64,000 bases of DNA from Octopus bimaculoides. Lineage: Eukaryota. The notes under the pieces were generated by a model. It made no database searches, was not told the origin of the DNA, and saw only the letters and a list, made by a program, of their open reading frames with translations. The number at the start of each line of letters is the position of its first letter. The stretch's first letter is position 1. A program made the position numbers and the translations under genes. Positions 43,902-55,320 of this stretch are shown piece by piece. Where the stretch lies: contig NC_068990.1 in NCBI RefSeq assembly GCF_001194135.2, positions 30,432,164 through 30,496,163 of the forward strand. The letters run 5' to 3'.

Positions 43902-46900
43902 GTGAACATGAGCATTGCTTCATATAAAAATGAAAGCCATGGACACAGCTATCTTGAGCAAGTATATTTGCTCCACTTCTATGTCTAAGTTGGCTGATTA
44001 TTAAACAGCCTCTGCAACAGTACATGAGCAAAGTCCATTGACCTGCTCTTGGGAAGAACTGGCCACAAGTAACTCATGGGTGAAGGTGGAGGAGGAGGAA
44101 GAAGAGGTGGTGGTGGCAGCAGTGGCGTCCATTCATTGCTGTTCTGTTTAACCCATGTTGACCTGAAAAAATGTAAAACTATGAAAACAAAACAAAAACA
44201 AAGCTGGTTTCATTGATTTGGATTGTTGTTGTATGTCCGCAATGAAAACTCAAACCCAGCAGTAGTCAGTAAATCACATTGTACATTCTGGGACACAAAC
44301 ATTAACAGTTCTAAAGTAGGTATTGATTGAAGTTTAAAACCTTTAACTTTGAACTTTGACCTGACATGGCCCTTTTAGGATGTCAAATATTAAAGAATTA
44401 TTTCCATGGCTGAGAATTGGTAAGATTCAGTGTATGTTAGCAATTTTAGATCATTGGTAGCTGTTATTTAACACCAGGTCAGTGTCCAGTTAACTTGTGG
44501 TCAGAAACTTTCTAGCAGTGGCTATCCTGTCTTTTATTTATGTTTTCAGATTAGTCTATCTTAGGCTATATTAGTCACTGTATCCCCTACTTTTTAAGAT
44601 GGTAGGGCCTGATTTTGGTAAGTTTTATCTTTCTAGCAAATAAACTATATGGTGACTCTCTTGTTGGCTGAAGATTATTAATGTTCTTTAATCCAGATCA
44701 GCTTGGATTAAGTAAAAACTAAGAACAGAGGTATTCCGGTTCTGAATATCTCCTGCTTTTTCAGACCAGGTCATATCTTGACCTTTATTATTTTAAACTA
44801 GACAACAAGAGATTTATTAAGGTTGGTCTATGTTTAGATCAGTGGGTCTCAGCCGAGTTTTTTTTTTTACCTGTGCACCCCTTTGATTCCAATTTTTATA
44901 ATAATATTAGGAATTGTATATAAAAAAAAAAACTGTAAAAATAGTCTGTGTACTCTAGAAGTACAACCAATTTATTTTGCGCCTAAATTTTAACAACAAA
45001 CCCTTATATGGACTGCTAAGGGTCATGTGGATCTCAGTTGAGAATCCCCAGTGGTTTAGATGGATTTCAAAAGAGAATTTTTGCAACAGAACAAACACTA
45101 AGGCATAATGGAGTATTATTAATTATTTTATCACAAGAAAACATATGTTCACATTATGTATCTGTTAGGAACCAACACTAAATTGTTCTTCATGGATCTG
45201 GATTTATTTTTGGTTTTGTTTCATGCATGTTCTTGTTTTTCCAAAATCAAGATATTTCATTATTATTATTGTGTTTCATGTATGAATATATTTAAATGTT
45301 TGTTTTTTAAATGTCTTATACACACCATATAATGCATGCTTTCCTGTTTTTTTTTTGTTATTTCTTTACCTCCTTTTTTTTGTGTATACTTTCCACGTGT
45401 TTTATTACTGTTGCTATGCTGTGTCCCATAAATCATTCAGGTTTCCATATGTACAAAAAAACAAACGTAACAAATATTGTGTTAAATACGAAATGTATTT
45501 TTAATAGTTCATAACTACCAAAAAGAATATGGAAATAATGACAAGCAATACTTTAGTATTGTGGAATTCAAATCCTGTCCACTTGACAGGACACACACAC
45601 ACACACATAAATTCCCTTGGTGTATTATAATTAAACTAATAACATACAATGGCTAATTGTCAGCTCATTACAGCTATTTCTTATGTAACTTTTTAATAGT
45701 GAAATCAGAACATTGCATCATTATAAAAGACCATAATCATCAGATGAGAAGTAATTTTACAAAGCATAAGAATATCCAAGAATTGCCAGAACTGCCTGAC
45801 TGGCCCTCGTGCTGGTGGCACGTAAAAGCACCCACTACACTCTTGAAGTGGTTGGCATTAAGAAGGGCATCCAGCTGTAGAAACTTTGCCAGATCATATT
45901 GGAGCCTGGTGCAGCCATCTGGTTCATCAGTCCTCAGTCAAACCGTCCAACCCATGCCAGCATGGAAAGCAGATATAAGACGATGAGGATGATGACAGCA
46001 GGGATGTGTCTGTCGAGGCCAACTATAAGGTTGGTTTTCTCTGTGTTCGCAGCCGAAATATCCTATCTGGTATTTCAACTCTCACTGACCATAGGCCAGA
46101 ACCACAGACATTACCCAACCCTACCTGGTGCATACCTTTTCATATACCTGATTCTATCAGAATCCTCATCTTACTTCTTATATACACACACACACATTAT
46201 TAGATAATAAATCATATTATATCTATAAAATAATCACTTGTCCTCATATTTGGAGTTTTGAAAACCATGCTTTTGCTTTACCAATGATGATTTTTTCCCC
46301 CAAACTTCCACAATGTCTTAAAAATATAGGTGCAGGTGTGGCTGTGTGGTAAGAAGTTTGCTTTTCAACCACATGGTTCCAGGTTCTGTCCCACTGCATG
46401 GCACACTGTGCAAGTGTCTTCTACTATAGCCTTGGGTTGACCAAAGTCTTGTGACTGGAGTTGGTGGACAGAAACTAAAAGAAGCCTGTCGTTTGTGTGT
46501 CTCTTTGTCCCCCACCTACTGCTTGACAACTGGTGTTGGTTTGTGTACATCCCCATAACTTTGCAGTTCCACAAAAAGAGAATAAGTTTCACCCTTAAAA
46601 AAAAAAAAGTACTGAGATTGATTCATTCAACTAAAAATTCTTCAAGGTGGTGCTCCAGCATGGCCACAGTCAAATGGCTGAAACATTTAACAGAAAAAGT
46701 AAAAGATTTATTTTGGTAATCTGACTGATTCTATATTCTTGTATTCTATGACATTCTGAAGCTGATTACTGAACAATCTGTTCCGGGACACTCTTTGTAA
46801 ATGCCATCCATTTATTCTACCCTTTTGACCCTGAGAGCTCCATTGGCTTCTCTGAAGAACCTCATCCATTGTTACAGATTTCTCATTCTAATCTGATTCC

Positions 46901-49900
46901 TGTTAACAAAATCAGCAAAAAACATGGAAGAAAATATAAGAAACAAAGTTACTGAGTCAACTACAGTCAAACCTGTTTATATTTTTACTTGTTTCACTCA
47001 TTAGACAAACAGTGGCCATGCTGGGGCACTGCCTTGAGGAATTTAAGTCGAATGACTCAACCCCAGTAATTTTTTTTTTTGTTTGAAGCCTGATACTTAT
47101 TCTATCAGTCTCTTTGCTGAAGTGCTAAGTTATGGGGATGTAGATACACCAACACCAGTTGTCAAGTGGTGGTAGGATGCACCCATATGCAATGGACTTC
47201 TTTCAGTTTCCGTCTACTAGATCCAATCACAAGGCTTTGGTTGGTCTGAGGCCATGGTAGAAGACTCTCATCCAAGGTGCCATGCGCTGGGATTGAACCA
47301 AGAACTATGATTGGGAAGCAAACTTCCTATCACATTGCCACTCCTGCACACACACACACACACGCCTACAGTGTGGCCCAAAAGTAGGTTTACAGTTTTC
47401 ATGTAGGCACTTTAAAATTGTTTTAAAACATTTTATTACATTTAAATTTCTATCTTACAACCTGAAAAGGGAGCTTGACAAAATTAACTAAATTAGCATA
47501 GAATAATGGTTTCATATTTTTTTATAATTAACATTAAACTGTTCTGTTGTGTCTGGGGAGAGTCATTCTCTTTTAGTACCTTTGAGAGTCAAAACTATTG
47601 AAAAGGTTGCAAGATGCAGTGAAAATTCTAGAAAAATAAAAAAGAAATAAGGGGAAATTTTACCAGTGAGTGTGTTAAATTATAAGGCACCAAAAGAGAA
47701 TGACTCTGCCCAGACACAACAAAATATGCTTCAACACACGAACTCGCATAAAGAATCTTGCAAACCAAATCCAAAAACGATTTAAACTGTTAATACATGA
47801 ATGCAAAAGAGATAGTTGAATAACTGTAAACCTACTTTTGGGCCATTCTGTATGTGTGTATGTATGTGTGTGTGTTTATATATATATATATATCTGTAAA
47901 TATACATTTACTATATTTATTTACACTCAAATGTGGGAGTTTGTGGAATTTTATTGTAATGTCTTCTGCTATATTTGAATAATCTGCTCACCTATTATTT
48001 TATAACCTGCTTTCTTCTTCAAATGGGAGATTTATTAACACAAAGTTTGTGTCTGTTTGTTACCTCTTAAATGATATATATTTCTCACCTTGATAAAAAT
48101 ATATAATTTATGAACAGATGTAAGTTAATCAACTCTTCTTAAGATTGACCATAGTTATTTCACTGGCTACATGGAGGTGAAGCCAACCACAGTGCAGATC
48201 TCAGTGGTTGAAGCAAATATTCAAACTGTACACATTGGAGACTTGCTGTGGAAAATGGGTATGACTGACTTAAGGGATGCAAATTGTTATGGACCTGGAT
48301 TTTCCAGAGTTTTGGTTATGAGTTCTAACTGGTTTCCTGACCAGCCATGTGCAGCGACCTTGATGTGATCACCGTCGCTAATTTATGACTGCACCTACTA
48401 ATCTAGTATTTAATGGAAACGGTAACAAAAAAATCATAAAAATAAATTTGAAATAAAACCTAAGAAACAACAAGGTGGTATTTCATCAGTGTGACCATCT
48501 CCACAGAGTTGAGATTAAATTAAAGAATATTCACATTTTGGCCTACGACAGTAAATGTTATAAATTCTTGTTTTAAATATCCATCAGAGTTGCTGATTAA
48601 TCTTATATTAGGTTCTTCAATCTCTCATCAAATGTTTTTCTCCCAATTTTAGTCTAAATTTTCATATTAATGCTGTTTGATATTTCTTTTCTTTTATACT
48701 CAACGTCATAAATACAGCTTTTACTGACATAATGTCTGTGACATTTCTGATTTCTTCAGAGACAATTTTATTAGGAATTTTTAAAAAATATGATTTTTGG
48801 TTCTTCAGCCAGCTAGTTTCTTCTGCACTTGAATTAGCTAATACACACTCAGTTTTTTAGCGTTTGGGTGTGCAACCCTAAATATCTTTCTTTTTCTCTG
48901 TCTCTTTGAATTATAATAATTCTCCCTTAGTATTGCTGTTCCCAAGAAAGGAAAAATGTTTATAAACGAGTCACAAGTAAATGCAAGTGACTAGCATTCT
49001 GTCAGTTACAACGCTGAGGGTTCCAGTTGATCCGATCAGCAGAACAACCTCATCATGAAATTAACATGCAAGTGACTGAGTGTTCCACAGACACACATAA
49101 TGTAGTTCTCAGGGAGATTCAGCATGACACGATATGATGAAGCTGACCCTTTGAATTACGGTTACAACTCATTTTTGCCAGCTGAATAGACTGGAGCAAT
49201 GTAAGAATAAAGTGTCTTGCTCAAGGACACAGTGCACAGTCGGGTATGACTTTATTTATTGTGAACCAAATGGCCTAACCACTAAATCACATACCTCCAT
49301 GCAAACACTAGTTAACGCATGTACGCACAATATTTTTAACTATTATCATTTATTAATATTATGATGATGATGAGCTGGCAGAATCATTAGCACGCTGGAT
49401 GAAATGTTTAGCAGTATTTCACTTCTATAGTTAAAGGATGAGGAATTATGTACATTATTTACATATCTTGTTTGTTGTTAACACAATGTTTCAGCTGATA
49501 TACCCTCCAGCCTTCATCAGGTGTCTTGGGGAAATTTCGAACCTGGGTTCTCATTCCTAAGGTGTTTTCCAATGTTATTATTATTATTATTCAGGTCACT
49601 GCCTAGAATCGAACTCGGAATCTTGGGGTTAAGAGCGTGCGCTACTAACTCCAAGATTCCGAGTTCGATTCCAGGCAGTGACCTGAATAATAATAATAAT
49701 AATAATAATATTAAAAAATACCTTAGGAATGAGAACCCAGGTTCAAAATTTGCCCAAGACACCTGATGAAGACTGGAGGGTATATCAGCCGAAATGTTGT
49801 GTTAACAACAAACAAGATGAGGACAAATATCCGTTGAATGTAAATAATGAGTATTTCACTTGTCACTATGTTCTGAGTTGAAATTCTGCTGAGGTCAACC

Positions 49901-52900
49901 TTGCTTTTCATCCTTTGAAGTCGATAAATAAGAACCAATTGAACACTGGGGTTGATGTAATTAACTCAACCCCTCCCCCAAAATTGCTGCCCTTGTAGCA
50001 AAATTTGAAACTTATCATTATTATTATTAATCAAAGGCAGTGTAGTTTGGTGGTAAGTAAATTGTTTGTCATTTGATTTTCATTCTGGTTCAAACCACTT
50101 CGTTTCAGTTGCTCTGGGGCTGGGAGGGGGTGGGGGAGATTAACTATTTTGAAGAGAACTGCATGTTTTTTTTCTAATTTTTTTCTTTCTTTTCTTTCTA
50201 AATTGTGATTTAATCCTGTTTCTTTCTTTCTTCTTTTCCTCTCCCTTTGTAGATGCACCCGATGTTTTGCCAACAGCAACTCAACTGGAGAAACTTGGCC
50301 CACCACCAGNNNNNNNNNNNNNNNNNNNNNNNNNNNNNNNNNNNNNNNNNNNNNNNNNNNNNNNNNNNNNNNNNNNNNNNNNNNNNNNNNNNNNNNNNNN
50401 NNNNNNNNNNNNNNNNNNNNNNNNNNNNNNNNNNNNNNNNNNNNNNNNNNNNNNNNNNNNNNNNNNNNNNNNNNNNNNNNNNNNNNNNNNNNNNNNNNNN
50501 GGTTAGTATATTCATCATTTTTTATCATCATCATTATTATTATTATTATTATTATTGAGTGAGAGAGCAGTGCATACCATCAAAGTGACACTGGGGTAAA
50601 ATATACTAAGCCCAATATACCCATCATGACTACCTGTCTGATAAGGGTACATCAGGCACATGCATCACAACCACACACGTGACATGGTGATCTCATATCA
50701 AGATAAGCAGCGCATGGCCTTGTAGGTGGGGCCCAGTCAGGATTTTCTTTAGCTCAAGTAATCCTTCCTACTCAAAAGGCCTCTGAATAAGTATTGTTTA
50801 ACCCTTTAGCATTCAAATACTCTACATGTTCTATGTTTGATCTGGCCTCTTATACCTATCCTACAATGTCATTGCAAAAGTAAACAGTCACATCATCAAA
50901 ATTTCAAAACTTCGAGGTAATGCATGATTAATTGAAAACAATCTGAATAAATACGGATTACATTTGTCAAAGAAATCTGAAATGCTAAAGGATTAAGAAT
51001 GATAAATGAAACACCCATGTTTTCAGAAATGAATTATTCAAACTCCAAAGGATTCCTCTCAACACATGGCTCTGATGCTTCCCCACTACTTCTGCTTGTG
51101 ATCAAAGATGCACATATTGTCAGCCACTAAGAGACGAGCTCAACCGGTTAAAGTCAAACAACTGACAAGCAAATCTGTGGTATTGAGCAGAATATTTACT
51201 GTAACCCATCTTTATTATTATTATGAAAGCGGCGAAAATGTGTTTGTGAAGATAATTTCCCTTGTCTAACCCGAAAACTTATTTCTTTTTGTTTAGCGAT
51301 GACCATTAAAAAGAAAGTGCAGTCTAAATATCGACTACCACTGTTGAATTGGACCCCTCTCAAACCTCAGCAAGTGAAAGGGACCATCTTCTCAGATCTT
51401 GACGATGAAAAGTTGATGACTGTAAGTGGGGGCTTTTCTCTGTTTTTTTTTCTTTTGTTTTTAAATTTCAGCCAATATTTTCTCATATTATATATATCAT
51501 CATCATCATCATCATCGTTTAACATCTGCTTTCCATATTGGCATGGGTTGGACAGTTTGATTGAGGACGGGCGAACCAGATGGCTGCACCAAGCTCCAAT
51601 CTGATCTGGTAGAGTTTCTACAGCTGGATGCCCTTCCTAATGCCAACCGCTCCGAGAGTAGTGGGTGCTTTTTACGTGCCATCAGCACGAGGGGCAGTCA
51701 GGTGGTACTGGCATTGACTACGCTTGAATGGTGCTTTTTACGAGCCACTGGCATGGGAGCCAGTCAGGCGGCACTGGCATCAATCACACTCGAATGGTGC
51801 TTTATATTTATCTCTTCATTGCTGTCATAAAACTGAAGCTAGGCGTCTCCTCTTTAGAGTCCTTCAGTGTCAAAAAATCATTCACAGTTCCCCCATGTTA
51901 GTGCTGCTTTGCCAAAGAATGTTGAAAACCGCTTCAAAAATGGTTGTGACCAAAATATCCTTATGGAAAAGAAGCTATGATCTGCTTTGTTGTTTTATAG
52001 ACAATAACAACAACAACATTGAATATATTTGACCAATAATTTCAAAGCATCAATATCCAGTGCTTCATTCTGTGATCTTTGTTTGAAAGTTGTTGTTCCA
52101 CCCATTCCAGCATAGAAGGCAGACGTTAAATGATGATGATGATGATGATGATGATGAATGCCCTAAATCATATTGAATCATTCATTTATTTGACAACAAC
52201 TTCTTTGTGAATTTCAGTTGGGTAAAAAGTGCCATGTGATTGATTTTATTTATTGATCTACTTTAATTTCTTTTGTTTCCTAGGTGATAGATTTTCATGA
52301 ATTTGAGGAGCTCTTTCGTCTGGGGCCTGCCGGCCCAATTAGCCGGGATCCTACTGTTGGGACTCCTAAATTACTTAAAAAGTTAAAGAAACCTGAAAAC
52401 ATAAGCCTCCTTGAACCAAATAGATTACGAAATGTTGGTAAGTAACATTTTCACCACCTATTTCTAAAAGACATTAATTGAATCCCTTTGAAGTTAACTC
52501 TTCAGGTTTTCTATAGAAATTAAAGCCAGCACTGAAAGTTAAAATGTTTCATATATACGAATGCATCTGTGTAAACAATGTTATTAAAGATAGAAAAATA
52601 GGTGATGTGTGGATATGCATATTTTTTATGAGTTCTTGCCCCTTCTTCTGTTCCACATTCAACCCATCAACCGTCCACAAACAAATAACTACTAAAGAAA
52701 GTAGGGTAACTATTGAATCGACCAATTTTACTTATTAAACACATTCCTAGAAACAGATACATATTAATTACTTGTAAGTACTTATTAATTGGAGAAAAGA
52801 TTGTTTGCCAACATAACATGGCAGTCCTGGTTTAGGACGAATGTTGCTGTAATTTAGCTGTAAATTACAGCAACATTCGTCCTAAACCAGGACTGCCATA

Positions 52901-54891
52901 TTATGTTGGCAAACAATTTTTACTCCAAAGTATTGTTGCTGAATATCTCTTGTTGTGAGATTTAAAAATAGTAATTTTCTAACTTATTAATTGCTTGTTA
53001 TAAAATGGTGCTGAGATAAATTTACTTCACCTTTCTCACATTTTGGTACAAATTAAGTTAAAAATCTTTATCTTCTTATTTTTTAGCAATCACAAGAAGG
53101 AAGATAGAAATGACAAATGACGAAATTGTTAGAGCAATTATTATGTAAGGCTTCGTTTGTTTTTTTTTTTCTATTTCTCTCCTTGTTTTGTGCTCTTTTA
53201 TCTGTTTGTTCCAGTCATTGGGCTGTGGCCAGGCTGGAGTACCACCTTGCAGGTTTTAGTCAAACAAATCAATTCTAGTACTTTTGAGTCTAGTGCTTAT
53301 AATTGGTGACACTTTTGAGTCTAGTGCTTATAATTAGCAGACACTACAAATGGATACAAACATTTATTTGGTGACTTTTTACACCTTGGTCACTGGCAAC
53401 AAGACGTAATTAGTCCTGGAATACCAGAAAGAATGTTGAAATATATTTTGCCAAACAGCAAGGAATATATGTGTGCGTGGTGTAGAACGCCATCAGTTTG
53501 TCCCATGCAAATATAAAAATGTAGACATTGAAATGGTAGAGGTAATAAGAAAATAATCTATTGATGTGGCGCTTAAAGCCAATTTTCTCATCTTAATTGC
53601 AAAATGCTTGGCTTCAGATTAAAATGATGAGTTAAATTAGAGTTAGACCTATTAGCAAAGATTTAGTTTCACTCTGTTGATACTTTACTTTTGTTAAAAT
53701 ATTATAAAATTGTCTTTGATTCTGTTAATTTTCTAAAGAAATACCATTAAACTGTATGATGCCAGTATATTAGTAATGGTACTAATGTCTTAGATTTTGG
53801 TTGTACCAAGCTGATACATGTTCATGTATGTTTAAAAAGTGTTTACATGGTATGTGATTGACTCAGCCTGGTGTTTAACATTTTGTTCTACTTAAAAGAA
53901 CTTTGTGTTAAAATGAGTTGCTTTTGAAGATTTTGTACGAACTCATTTCAATGATTTCCTCACAATATTTCTTTTCTGTTTGCAGGTTAGACTTACAAAA
54001 ACTTAGCTTGGATATGGTTGATATTTTGTTAACCATTTTGCCAAATGAATCAGAAGTAAGTATATATATATATATGTGTTGTTTTTTATTGCATCTCAGG
54101 AGGGTCATTTTGCCAATAATAAACACACTGGTTGTATTTCACCTCTTAGTTATTAATTGAATAACTATTTAGTCACTTAGCTATCAAAATTATACACCAT
54201 TGTAGTTATTGCAACTTGTTACTATTTGAAATTGTTTTATGGTCTTTGAGCAGAGATTGCTGAGGAAATGCATCTTGTTCCTTAACTCTACTTCTTTGTA
54301 ACACTAGGCACTTTAAGAATGCTGCTCCTCTTTTCACCAAAGTGAATACGTATTTCACCTTTTGACATAGAATACAAAACTTTACTTCAATTTGGTGTGA
54401 AAATTTAGTTTAAATGGCAAAATACAGGTAACATCCCCCCACCCCTTTTCCAGTTTTATTTATCTATGCAGTATAATTATGATTGTATTCATGCAGGGCT
54501 CAATTAATGTGTGGGTCATGGCCCAGGGGCCTCTTCAGCTCAGAGAAACCTAAATCTTGGAGTTAAGAATTGAAAAAAAAAATATATTTACAGCAATCAA
54601 ATAATTTGAATCTTTTTAAAATTCCAAAGATTTCTTTTGAAATTTAGTCCTATTTTGATTTATTGGGCCCTTTTAGATTTAAAAAGTCATTAAATTTGAG
54701 TCCTTCTGAATCTACTGAAGCCCTTTTAAGTTTTGGTGCCTCTTCAAATTGTCTGGGGCTCTCTTTATTATCTTATGCTTTGAATTAGCAAAATTGTAGG
54801 GGCCCAGGAGCTCTACTAGGTTTGAATCCAGCCCAGTGTGCATGCATCCACATATGCTTAAGAGTATGGATGCTGTAAGTATGTTTAGCTA

Positions 54892-54977
<86 letters not shown>

Positions 54978-55244
54978 ATGTATATATCCACTGTCATGTT
55001 TTTGTTCCCAACTTTGACCCTCTGTAAATCCTAAATTTCATTTTAGATTTTATGAGAGGAACTGTCTTCGAAGACTCATTGTTATTGAATGCTTGAAATG
55101 AGGAGTAGACAGACAGCCAACAACTGATGAAGGGTCCTTTCTGTGTTTACTTGTCCTGTTTTCCATATTTCTCTCGTTGTTTACATATTTAACTCATTTG
55201 TTTACGTATTTCATGTTGTTTGCACTGTTGGTGACATCCTATAT

Positions 55245-55320
<76 letters not shown>

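Larger units (their letters stand above)
49425..49849. mobile_element. Fold-back (head-to-head) insertion of a tRNA-headed, hammerhead-tailed short retroelement
   Basis: Inverted arms of about 190-200 bp centred near 49639; flanked by direct repeat AGTATTTCACTT at 49413-49424 and 49850-49861; splits an older SINE-like copy. Confidence 0.85.

Noticed and set aside
49626-49683. tRNA gene
   Set aside because: Only a partial D-arm-like piece and a B-box; no 5' acceptor strand, so treated as a SINE head.
49517-49766. Mirror 81-aa ORFs on both strands
   Set aside because: By-product of the palindrome; low-complexity Leu/Asn runs come from (ATT)n.
54494-54836. Possible MITE (CAGGGCT…AATCCAGCCC)
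   Set aside because: Short imperfect termini and no convincing TSD.
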